From Planctopirus limnophila DSM 3776 (GTDB lineage Bacteria; Planctomycetota; Planctomycetia; Planctomycetales; Planctomycetaceae): 32,000 nt of DNA. The DNA is taken from contig NC_014148.1 of the NCBI RefSeq assembly GCF_000092105.1, forward strand, positions 4,560,001 to 4,592,000, given 5' to 3'. The notes under the pieces are model-generated. The model saw nothing but the letters and a program-made list of their open reading frames with translations, ran no database searches and was not told the origin of the DNA. The translations under genes and the position numbers were made by a program. Position 1 is the stretch's first letter. Each line of letters starts with the position of its first letter. Below are positions 22,220 to 29,974 of the stretch, piece by piece.

Positions 22220-22720
22220 ATGCCGTTCTGCCTTCCTCGACCCCACAGTGATCCCGTCCTACTCGATCTGAGGCCCTTGCCACTCGGCTTCCAGCAATTG
22301 CTCAAGCGGCATGGCATCATCGCCCCGACTCCACCGATGCGTCTGGCTCGCGACAGTCATGGCAAACCGGTCAAAGATGCCCAGGGTCAGCCCGTCCGCC
22401 TGATCGATGAAACCAACGACACCTATCAGAATGAGTGTGAACTCTATCACCAGCGAATCGCAGTCCTGGCGGTCGCTTTTGCCTTAAGGCACGACCCCAC
22501 ATCACCTCTAGCAGGTTGCTGGCCAGTGCTGCAGCAACCGCCCGTCGGAGAATGGACGGCCTGGGCGGATCAACTCTTCGAGACGCTGGTCTCTGCTGGT
22601 TGGCTGGCGGGCGATCTCCTGGCGTCCTGCACAGAGATCACACGTCTGAGCAATCTGATCAGCGATCGACTGGTGGCAGCTCAAGCCTCTTTCTCGGACA
22701 GTGGGAGTTCGACCGGCTGA
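22220..22720 (+). CDS. Hypothetical phage-module protein; may continue to 22875 in the -1 frame
   Basis: 166-aa ORF with coding-like composition. The downstream 51 codons (22721-22875) read well in another frame but have no ATG, GTG or TTG start (see findings). Confidence 0.6.
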   Translation: MPFCLPRPHSDPVLLDLRPLPLGFQQLLKRHGIIAPTPPMRLARDSHGKPVKDAQGQPVRLIDETNDTYQNECELYHQRIAVLAVAFALRHDPTSPLAGCWPVLQQPPVGEWTAWADQLFETLVSAGWLAGDLLASCTEITRLSNLISDRLVAAQASFSDSGSSTG

Positions 22721-22875
22721 ACCCTGCATCGACCACCCGCTCGATCAACTACTACATCCTCCGCTGTTGTGAACGACTCCATCTTGTAGAAGCCAGCTTC
22801 TACGAACTGAGTTTCGAAGAACAAATCCGCCTCCTCGGCTACGAACTCCTCCGCCAGGCCGAAGATGCAATTTAA

Positions 22876-23358
22876 GAATCAACATCCCCCTTCTCCCGTA
22901 GGGTGCCATGCCGCGTCAGCGAAATGCACCAACTCTTCCCCATTTTTCCTTCTGTCCTACCCGCCTTTCCCCCTTCGCAGCCTTCGCGTCTTCGCGCGAG
23001 CTCTCCGAATTTCAAACTCATCCTCACGCGAAGCCGCGAAGTTCTCCAAGAAGATCTGCATGATTCACCACTTCCGCAAATCTCCCGATCTCTAATTCAT
23101 CCGGGTGGCAGGGGTCGGATGTCTTTATCCGCCCCCATTGTCAAAAGCGTTCACCAGCACAAATGCATCGGCAACCTTCCTCACAACTCCCCAGCCACGC
23201 TTCTTAATCACCACGCTCACCTCGAACTTCTTCCCTTCCCCCCCTTTCTGCCATCCCTTTTTTCCTTCTTCCCTTCTTCCCTTCTTCCCTTCTTCCCTTC
23301 TCCCACTTCGCATCTTCGCGCGAAACCATCCATCCCATCACCTTCCCATGGCCTCAGC
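22876..23358. repeat. Spacer S3, a composite of repeat modules
   Basis: Contents in order: module E (22896-22930, ccgtagggtgccatgccgcgtcagcgaaatgcacc), a C/T tract, the module C hairpin (22971-23057), a partial module B element (23103-23198), a C/T tract with an octamer microsatellite, and the palindrome ttcgcgcgaa (23315-23324). Confidence 0.85.
23264..23303 (+). repeat. Octamer microsatellite (ccttcttc) x4 plus one imperfect unit
   Basis: Direct count gives ccttcttc at 23264, 23272, 23280 and 23288, then ccttctcc at 23296. Confidence 0.9.
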
Positions 23359-23631
23359 ATGACCGATCTCCCCGATCTCTCACAAACCACAGGCGAGCCA
23401 CTCACCGAGTCCCAAATCTGCGGCATCCTCGCCCAGATCGATCTCGATATCCTCAATCTCCTCCGTGATGGAAAACTCGCCGCTCTCAAATACTCAGCCC
23501 CAGGAGCCGGCCCGCAGACCGATCGTGCCGCCAACCTTCAGGCTCTCCTCAATGCCCGCGAAAGCTATCAGAAACTCCTCCACAGTCTGCCGCTCTGGCA
23601 AACCTCCGCCGCCGATCTCAGCCACACCTGA
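23359..23631 (+). CDS. Small hypothetical head/neck-associated protein (90 aa)
   Basis: MTDLPDLSQTTGEPLTESQICGILAQIDLDILNLLRDGKLAALKYSAPGAGPQTDRAANLQALLNARESYQKLL. Its size and helical pattern loosely resemble gpW-type head-completion proteins. The upstream 152 codons of ORF 22903..23631 are repeat-derived and were rejected. Confidence 0.5.
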   Translation: MTDLPDLSQTTGEPLTESQICGILAQIDLDILNLLRDGKLAALKYSAPGAGPQTDRAANLQALLNARESYQKLLHSLPLWQTSAADLSHT

Positions 23632-23675
23632 ACGCCAACTCCCCGGCACATCCCTTCTTTTCAGGATCTCACTTC

Positions 23676-23921
23676 ATGCCACCCCCACCGGCTCACGAAC
23701 GACTCGATCGCCTGCTCGACACCTTGCAGTCATTGGCCATTCAGCTCGAACAGCTCAGGGTCTCACTCGAAGTGCTGGTCGAGCTTTCCAAAGACCACGA
23801 AACACGCCTGCGCCTCGTAGAAACTCATCAGCACAGGCTGACACCACTCGTGGGTGGCCTCGTCTTTCTGATCACTTCCATGGCGACTGTCGCCATCACG
23901 CAGTGGTTCACCCGCATCTGA
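23676..23921 (+). CDS. Small coiled-coil protein with a C-terminal transmembrane helix (XhlA-like architecture)
   Basis: The N-terminal heptad region is RLDRLLDTLQSLAIQLEQLRVSLEVLVELSKDHETRLRLVE. The hydrophobic helix is LTPLVGGLVFLITSMATVAITQWF. Confidence 0.55.
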   Translation: MPPPPAHERLDRLLDTLQSLAIQLEQLRVSLEVLVELSKDHETRLRLVETHQHRLTPLVGGLVFLITSMATVAITQWFTRI

Positions 23922-23954
23922 GCATTCTTCGACGCTTTCGATTCAAAGGTCATC

Positions 23955-24347
23955 ATGCCCGCACTTGCCTTCACAGATCTGGTGTCCGCCGATCTGCTCC
24001 TCATGTTTCACGACTGGGGCCAACCCGCCCAATTGCTGGCTGTGCTCGAAACGTCGCCTCACGAGCCACCCAGCCGCACCTGGCTGACGACGAACGACGC
24101 GCCACTCATTGTCCTGCCCGATCACACACTGGCCAATCAGCCCGCGTCCTCTCCTCAAGGCACATTATCAGCAGTCACGCCAGAAACCCGCTTCTTCGTC
24201 CGAGCCAGCACATGGCCTGTCCTGCCCACCGGCGCACTGCTGGAATTATCGACTCCCCATGGAAGCTGGGCCGTCACCCAGATCCATCCACTCCCGGATT
24301 CCGAACTCCTGGTGATTTCAGCCCGTGATCTGGCCCCTGCCGATTGA
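23955..24347 (+). CDS. Putative head-tail adaptor / head-closure protein
   Basis: 130 aa, immediately upstream of the HK97 gp10-like gene. The C-terminal pattern TRFFVRASTWPVLPTGALLELSTPHGSWAVTQIHPL fits head-tail joining proteins. The call rests on position and pattern only. Confidence 0.4.
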   Translation: MPALAFTDLVSADLLLMFHDWGQPAQLLAVLETSPHEPPSRTWLTTNDAPLIVLPDHTLANQPASSPQGTLSAVTPETRFFVRASTWPVLPTGALLELSTPHGSWAVTQIHPLPDSELLVISARDLAPAD

Positions 24348-24388
24348 AGATCTCTTCTCTCTCTTTTCCCCATCGATCTCATCCAACC

Positions 24389-24778
24389 ATGAACCAACCC
24401 CTGGCACTCCGTATTGTGCTCCAACCTCCACCCGCTCCGGGAATCTTTCCCGACTTTCAGCGCGATCAGCTCACTCCTTTCCGCCAGCGACTCGTTCGTC
24501 AGACAGCCAGAAAACTGCTGCAGCGCATTGCCCAGTTGACTCCTGTCGATACAGGCCGGGCTCAATCGAGCTGGCTGCTCGCTGCCCAACAACTCCAGCC
24601 CGAAACAGCCGCCAATACCGCAACTCCCGATCTGCAGATCACGGAAGGAAAAATTGGTTCGCTTTCCATCATCACCATTGTCAATCAGGTGCCCTACATG
24701 CCCTTTCTCGAATTGGGAACCAGCCAGATGTCTCCCTTCGCCATGATCCGGCGGGCACTACTCGAACAGATCCGCTGA
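24389..24778 (+). CDS. HK97 gp10-family neck/tail-completion protein
   Basis: The signature LTPVDTGRAQSSW (PVDTGxLRxS-type motif of the HK97 gp10 family) is followed by VPYMPFLELGTS. I chose the ATG at 24389; the ORF track opens at 24344, overlapping the previous gene. Confidence 0.65.
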   Translation: MNQPLALRIVLQPPPAPGIFPDFQRDQLTPFRQRLVRQTARKLLQRIAQLTPVDTGRAQSSWLLAAQQLQPETAANTATPDLQITEGKIGSLSIITIVNQVPYMPFLELGTSQMSPFAMIRRALLEQIR

Positions 24779-24804
24779 TCTTTTACTGGAGGCGAACTCC
24801 CCTC

Positions 24805-25257
24805 ATGCCCTCACCTGCCCAACTCCAGCACAGTCTCATCGACTATTGGCAATCGGTCTGCCCGGATGAACTCCCCACGCTTTGGCCAGGCCGCAAAGCC
24901 GATCCTCAATCGTGGCAGCAATGGTGCGAACTCCGCGTCGATAGCTGGACACAGCCCATCCAGAGGCTCGGTCGCTCTCACATCGCCTGCGTCATCACTC
25001 TCCGGCTCTTTGTCAGGCAGATCGCCTCTTCCCCGGAGGCAACTCTCCCTTCTCTGCACAGCCGACTGGAACAACTTCAGACAGTCGTCACTCAGGCCTG
25101 GCACGAACAGACGATTCCCATCGTGGATGATCTTCCTGAGAATTCCGCCAGCATCATCGGCTATCTGCGCGTGGCCGACCTCACGTCTCGATCGATCGAA
25201 ACATCATCTCCCACACTCCTGGGGCGCGAGTTCCTCATCACGGCCCGCACCTCCTGA
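24805..25257 (+). CDS. Putative tail terminator / tail-completion protein
   Basis: 150 aa, between the gp10-like gene and the tube gene. It is the coding-like C-terminal half of ORF 24325..25257; the N-terminal 160 codons overlap the two preceding genes in another frame. Confidence 0.45.
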   Translation: MPSPAQLQHSLIDYWQSVCPDELPTLWPGRKADPQSWQQWCELRVDSWTQPIQRLGRSHIACVITLRLFVRQIASSPEATLPSLHSRLEQLQTVVTQAWHEQTIPIVDDLPENSASIIGYLRVADLTSRSIETSSPTLLGREFLITARTS

Positions 25258-25331
25258 AGTCGACGTCCTGAGGATCGTTCGCGATCCTCGTCAATTCCCA
25301 CCCCCAATATCTCTTCCTATTGAGGCACTCT

Positions 25332-25850
25332 ATGCCCACCTCGGCTCTCGTTCGAAATCTTCGCGATGGGGAACTTCTCATTCGCGATGGCACGACTCCC
25401 ACACCCAAATCGCTCATTGTCCTGCTCGATGAAGGGGATCTTTCCTGGACAGAACGCTCACGCACCATCGAGATCAAAGATCGTGGCTCAATTGCACAAG
25501 GCCATCTCCGCAAAGGGGACGACGAATCGGTCTCGCTCTCGTTTACTGCCAAGTGGACACAGCTGCTCAGTCAATCGATTGAACCAACCGATCCCCTGGC
25601 ACTCTACGAGTTCCTCACCTTTCAGCCACCAGCCAACATCACCAGCACGTCACCCGCCGGCCAGCAACAGACACTCGAACTCGTCTTCACCATTCACGAT
25701 CCCGCGGGCGGCTCCAGCGAAGTCGTCACGTTTCTGAATGTCTATCGCGAAACTCTCACACTCTCCGAAGGGGCTGAAGCCAACACCATCGCCTTCGCCG
25801 GCCGCGCCTTCCAGACAGCACCACAAATCACCCGCTCCACCCCGGAATGA
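25332..25850 (+). CDS. Putative major tail (tube) protein
   Basis: 172 aa, the last gene before the tape measure. It is beta-rich with DGTTPTPKSLIVLLDEGDLSWTERSRTIEIKDRGSIAQGHLRKGDDESVSLSF, a pattern common in siphovirus tube proteins. Confidence 0.5.
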   Translation: MPTSALVRNLRDGELLIRDGTTPTPKSLIVLLDEGDLSWTERSRTIEIKDRGSIAQGHLRKGDDESVSLSFTAKWTQLLSQSIEPTDPLALYEFLTFQPPANITSTSPAGQQQTLELVFTIHDPAGGSSEVVTFLNVYRETLTLSEGAEANTIAFAGRAFQTAPQITRSTPE

Positions 25851-26041
25851 ACACTTCGTTTTCCTCTTCCCGTAGGGCGCCATGCAGCGCCAGCGAAATG
25901 CACCAACACTTCCCCCTTTTTCCTTCCCGCCTTCCTGCCTTCCCGCCCTCTTCCCTTCACTCCCTTCGCAGTCTTCGCGCGAAGCAATCCCCACTCCCAA
26001 CTATCCACCAACAACCCACAACTCCCTCATCGAGTCACCCC
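25851..26041. repeat. Spacer S4, a composite of repeat modules
   Basis: Contents in order: module E (25869-25904), a C/T tract (25909-25968), the 12-bp palindrome cttcgcgcgaag (25973-25984), and module F (atccccactcccaactatccaccaacaacccacaactccc, about 25987-26030). Module F recurs at about 28050-28092. Confidence 0.85.
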
Positions 26042-26773
26042 ATGTACTCCGAATCCTTAACCCTCCGCATTCTCGCCGATAGCTCCGAGCTGGAATCGCG
26101 GCTGGGTGATCTCGGGCGGCAACTCAGCTCTTTGCAATCCTCGACAGATCGGCTCTCTTCATCTGCTTCCCGCCTAACTGGCGCGTTTCAAATGACCAGT
26201 GCCATGAACTCTGTCGAACGTCTCAGCCGGAGCCTGCAAGCCCTCCAGCGCCAGGTTCAGCAGATCTCAGGCACACCCCTCAACCTCAATGTCAGCCCGG
26301 CTCTGGCGGCCATTGCTTCCGTCAGCCGAGCACTCAGTCAACTGGCCCGACAAGTCTCGACATTCCCTTCGATGACTGGCTCAGGTTATCTCCCCCTGGG
26401 CACAGGTTCTTTCCTGCCGACTGGCACCGGTTCCTCGTATGGTGGTGGCTCGACGACGAACACACGCCGCTTTGCCACGGGTGGCCTCGTCACGGGCCCA
26501 CCCGGCATCGACCGCATCCCGGCTCTCCTCACGGCTGGTGAATACGTCCTGAGTTCCGAAGTCGTGCAGCGACTCGGGCTCGGAAATCTGTCTCAACTTT
26601 CAGCCGCTGCTTCCGGCTCTTCAAGAGCCATCGCTCCACCAGCCACCGTGCAGAATTCCCATCATCAATCGATTGGCGAACTGCACGTTCACATGGCACA
26701 GACCCTGGATCTCGCATCGTTCACCGAGAATCTGGCCGCCGATGCCCAAAGACTCCGCCATCGCCGCGGCTAA
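26042..26773 (+). CDS. Short tail tape measure protein
   Basis: 243 aa. The N-terminal part is helical and low in complexity (LESRLGDLGRQLSSLQSSTDRLSSSASRL...LQALQRQVQQI). The C-terminal block RRFATGGLVTGPPGIDRIPALLTAGEYVLSSEVV matches the conserved tape-measure C-terminal motif type (G..G.D.vPa.l..GE.V). It directly follows the tube gene. Confidence 0.65.
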   Translation: MYSESLTLRILADSSELESRLGDLGRQLSSLQSSTDRLSSSASRLTGAFQMTSAMNSVERLSRSLQALQRQVQQISGTPLNLNVSPALAAIASVSRALSQLARQVSTFPSMTGSGYLPLGTGSFLPTGTGSSYGGGSTTNTRRFATGGLVTGPPGIDRIPALLTAGEYVLSSEVVQRLGLGNLSQLSAAASGSSRAIAPPATVQNSHHQSIGELHVHMAQTLDLASFTENLAADAQRLRHRRG

Positions 26774-27316
26774 GATCCTTTTCCCATTTCTACCTGTCGC
26801 CAAATTTTGCCTCTTGATTCCCTTCGCAGCCTTCGCGTCTTCGCGCGAAACGATCGAACGAAAACTCATCCTCACGCGAAGCCGCGAAGTTCTCCAAGAA
26901 GATCAGTATGAGTGTCTCATGTCCCATCTGGAACCCTCGCCCACGTCCTCGTGGGAGAGGGCAGGGTGAGGGTCTTTTCACTCTCTTATTGTGTTGTGTG
27001 CCATGCTTGCAGCTCTGGGCAAGCATGTCTTCGCGCCGGGTGGCAGGGGTCGGATGTCTTCATCCGCCCCCTGGTCCTTCGATTTCACCAGCACGAATGC
27101 ATTCAGTACGTTCCTCACTACTCACACCAAAAGACCTGGGGGCAAACGAAGACGTTTGACCCCAGCCACGCTTCTTAATCCCCACTTTCACCACCGACTC
27201 TGTCCCTTTCTTCCTTCCTGCTTTCCCGCCTTCTGCCCTTCCTGCCTCTGCGGCTTCGCGAGAGACCTCTGAATTCATCTCTTCTCTTCCCCCCATCCTC
27301 ATCGGCTCACGACATC
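26774..27316. repeat. Spacer S5, a composite of repeat modules
   Basis: Contents in order: the module C hairpin (26819-26904, including the palindrome ttcgcgcgaa at 26840-26849), module D (26911-26978), a module B element with both termini (27038-27169), C/T tracts (27181-27250 and 27277-27300), and a half C arm cggcttcgcgagagacc. Confidence 0.85.
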
Positions 27317-27757
27317 ATGCCCCTCCAATTCCACCCGGCGATCGCCCGATCGACCGCCTGGTTCTCGCTCCCGCGGCCCATCGTTTCTCTTCGTGTGCAG
27401 GACGTTTGGGATTCCGAGCGATTCAAGTCTCCACTGATTGATGGCCAGCGCACGGTCGGTCATTCGCAAGGTGGCTCGACGATTGTCATTCAAGGACAGG
27501 TCGCTGCCCAGGCGGGCGAAGTTCGCTTCACGGAAGCCGAGATGCTGGCCACACTGCTTTCTTTGCGTGAGGCCCTGCATGTGGGCGAGTCACAGCCCAA
27601 GTTCGACTTTGTGCTCTTTTTCGATCCCGTCACCCACGAGCGGCAATACTTCCAGGAGTGCTCGACGACCCGTTTGGAATGGGATCTCTCCGAAGCCAGC
27701 CTCTACACCTATTCCCTCACGATCCAGGCCGACGATCCCCAGATTCACACTGCCTGA
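27317..27757 (+). CDS. Putative distal tail protein (Dit-like)
   Basis: 146 aa, the first gene after the tape measure. It contains SPLIDGQRTVGHSQGGSTIVIQGQV. The call rests mainly on position. Confidence 0.4.
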   Translation: MPLQFHPAIARSTAWFSLPRPIVSLRVQDVWDSERFKSPLIDGQRTVGHSQGGSTIVIQGQVAAQAGEVRFTEAEMLATLLSLREALHVGESQPKFDFVLFFDPVTHERQYFQECSTTRLEWDLSEASLYTYSLTIQADDPQIHTA

Positions 27758-28106
27758 GAAACCTCTGCACGAAAAATCATCCTCACGCGAAGCCGCAAAG
27801 TTCTCCAAAAAGATCAGCCGACTCTTCTGTAGGGCATGCTCCCGCATGCCACAGAATTCGTGTCTCATGTCCCCCTCTGGAACCCTCGCCCGGTCTGCCG
27901 GGAGAGGGCAGGGTGAGGGTCTTTTCCCCATTTCTTAAACGTCTTGATCTAACGCGCTATGCAGAGCCAGTAACCTGCACCAACCTTCAAACTTCAAACA
28001 TCAAACATCAAACTTCCCCCTTCTTCCCTTCGCTGCCTTCGCGCGAAACCATCCACTCCCAACCCTCCACCAACAACCCACAACTCCCCCAACCCCGGCT
28101 CACTTC
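27758..28106. repeat. Spacer S6, a composite of repeat modules
   Basis: Contents in order: the module C right arm (27776-27816), an E-like hairpin ggcatgc/gcatgcc (about 27832-27849), module D (27860-27925), a heptamer repeat wtcaaac x4 (27986-28013), a C/T tract, the palindrome ttcgcgcgaa (28038-28047), and module F (about 28050-28092). Confidence 0.85.
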
Positions 28107-29918
28107 ATGCGCAACATCTTTCTCCATGCCGGCAGCCCCTCAGCAGCACCTCTCCTCATCGACCATCGCCTCGTCTCTGGCTGCTGGTTCGAATGGCTTC
28201 GGCAAGGGGGCTGCGGCCCAGGCGAACTCGAATGCAATCTCCCGCTCGACAGCCCACTCTTCGCACCTGGCGATTTCGTCTCGATCGAAGATCATCTCGG
28301 CACCCGCTGGTACCTCGGACGCATTGAAGAACATCTCACCCGCTGGCCCAACCGCGCCATTATTCGCCTGGAAGGCCTCGCAGTTGAACTGGGCGAAGTC
28401 TTCCCCGGTGGCTTCGCGAACAACGAAAGCGATGCTCCTGATCCCTATCGACTGGGCCTCACCGAAGGTGGATTCTCCTTCGATCCCGATTACGGCAACG
28501 AATCCTTCGCCTTCGCCTCACGGCCCGAAGACGTCGTCCGCAAACTGCTCGAACTCGAAGAGATTGCCAGCACCCAGATCGCTTTCCCGTCCGAAGAAAT
28601 CACCAACACCACTACTCCCGTCCCTTTGGAAAGCTTCAAGTTCCATGGGGAAGAATCGCTCCGTTCGATTTTCAAAGATCTCGCTCTGAGGGCTGGCAAT
28701 GCTCCCTGGGGTGTCGATGAAATGGGCCGCTTCTTTTTCCGTGCCGGGCAGGAATTCGCGACACAGACCATTCCTCGAACTTCGATCATCCAGCTTGAAC
28801 ACTCCCGCAGTCTCGATCAGATCTTCAATCGCGTCCTGCTGACCGGGGCCTACCTTTATCTTCCCAATGGCCAGCCTTATCGCTGGCGCGGCAACTATAC
28901 AGAACCCACCAGCCGGGCTTTGTATGGCGAACGCCGCATTCGCTTGTGGGTGCCCTGGATTCGTACGGCTCAGGATGCCCGTGGCTTCCTCAAGGAATTC
29001 TTTTCGCAATATGCCTTTCCCACAGGCCGCCTGCAGGTGGAGTCGGTCGCTTCGACCCAATGGTTGCCCCCCTGGAAAACGCGCTATCAGATGGAAGGCT
29101 TTTCGGGATCCACCGGAGCCACCTGGCAGGCCGACAAGCTCCGCATCGAGTTCAATGAAACACCCGTCTACAGGCTCGAACTCGGGCCCGTTAATCCGCG
29201 AACTCTCTGGCCAGAACCCGATCACGATGAACGCTGGCCCCTCGCACCCACCAGCGAACTCCCCTCTGGCTTTGGTGGCGAAGACATCCCCCTCCCCTGG
29301 CCTCCCGGCGGCGGTGGTGGTGGCGGCGGTTCTTCCTCCAGCAACGATTCTCTCACCTCCGACGAACTCTCCTCCTCGCTCGAGCTCTCTTCGAGTGAGG
29401 CCTCATCCACTCTCGACAGTTCCTCGGATTCCAGTTCGTGGCTCACCAGCGATTCAACTGGCGATTTAACCTTCACCAGCAGCGATGCCAGTCACTCCTC
29501 ATCGGCCACATCCAGCAGCACAGAAAACTCCTCCAGCTGGCACTCCTCTTCGCTCTGGTCTTCTTCTGAGTCTCTCGAAAATTCATCATCGAACAGCGAT
29601 TCGCTCTCCAGCGATCCCCTTTCAAGTCAATCCTCCAACCAAGAAACCACCTCCAGCGAAGAAACACCCTCTAGCACAGAATCAGCAGCCACCCCCACAT
29701 CATTCGCACTTCCGACGGACGAACCAACCTCCACCCTCTCACCTCCCACCGATTCACCCACATCCTTCGAACCCCCTCACTCATTCGATTCGACAGAGAC
29801 CGCTCCCCTCACGATCAGCAGTGAAGAGTCCGAATCTCCCTTCACTGAATCCTCCGCATCCACCGCCAGCGAATCGTTAGAACCCCCCGCGAGCGCTCCT
29901 TCTGAAGATCTCCCTTAA
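28107..29918 (+). CDS. Putative tail hub/fibre protein with a C-terminal acidic Ser/Thr-rich low-complexity tail
   Basis: 603 aa. The N-terminal roughly 390 aa is globular-looking and sits in the position of a tail hub/Tal protein. A GGGGGGG hinge follows, then about 200 aa dominated by S, T, E, D and P (SSSSNDSLTSDELSSSLELSSSEASSTLDSSSDSSSW...). Confidence 0.55.
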   Translation: MRNIFLHAGSPSAAPLLIDHRLVSGCWFEWLRQGGCGPGELECNLPLDSPLFAPGDFVSIEDHLGTRWYLGRIEEHLTRWPNRAIIRLEGLAVELGEVFPGGFANNESDAPDPYRLGLTEGGFSFDPDYGNESFAFASRPEDVVRKLLELEEIASTQIAFPSEEITNTTTPVPLESFKFHGEESLRSIFKDLALRAGNAPWGVDEMGRFFFRAGQEFATQTIPRTSIIQLEHSRSLDQIFNRVLLTGAYLYLPNGQPYRWRGNYTEPTSRALYGERRIRLWVPWIRTAQDARGFLKEFFSQYAFPTGRLQVESVASTQWLPPWKTRYQMEGFSGSTGATWQADKLRIEFNETPVYRLELGPVNPRTLWPEPDHDERWPLAPTSELPSGFGGEDIPLPWPPGGGGGGGGSSSSNDSLTSDELSSSLELSSSEASSTLDSSSDSSSWLTSDSTGDLTFTSSDASHSSSATSSSTENSSSWHSSSLWSSSESLENSSSNSDSLSSDPLSSQSSNQETTSSEETPSSTESAATPTSFALPTDEPTSTLSPPTDSPTSFEPPHSFDSTETAPLTISSEESESPFTESSASTASESLEPPASAPSEDLP

Positions 29919-29974
29919 GCCAATCAGCAACCTCTCTCGGAATCTTCTTTTCCCACCTCGAAAGCGCCACGGAC

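Noticed and set aside
22680-22720. Search for a canonical X XXY YYZ slippery heptamer at the end of ORF 22220-22720.
   Set aside because: None was found by eye in the last ~40 nt. The frameshift idea is therefore kept only as a low-confidence finding, not annotated as a feature.
22896-22930. Possible sigma-54 promoter in module E, since the reverse strand contains TGGCAC.
   Set aside because: No TTGC element follows at the required 5-nt spacing in any of the three copies.
22903-23358. N-terminal extensions of ORFs that run through repeat spacers: 22903-23358, 25847-26041, 31160-31267 and 11121-11480.
   Set aside because: Within the spacers the translated sequence derives from repeat modules. 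The same peptide strings (SREVLQE, GGRGRMSSSAPWS, PSGTLA) recur in unrelated ORFs. For 11121-11480 no repeat modules were identified; it was rejected because it looks non-coding and overlaps the SNF2 gene start. The first ATG after each spacer gives sensible proteins.
23465-24328. 287-aa plus-strand ORF, very rich in R, P, S and T, overlapping the genes at 23359-24347.
   Set aside because: It is a shadow ORF. It stays open only because the strand is purine-poor. Its composition is not protein-like, and it overlaps better-supported genes in other frames. The same reasoning applies to 27658..28689, 28867..29469, 29485..29880, 30004..30390, 30069..30539, 31462..31953 and the first 160 codons of 24325..25257.
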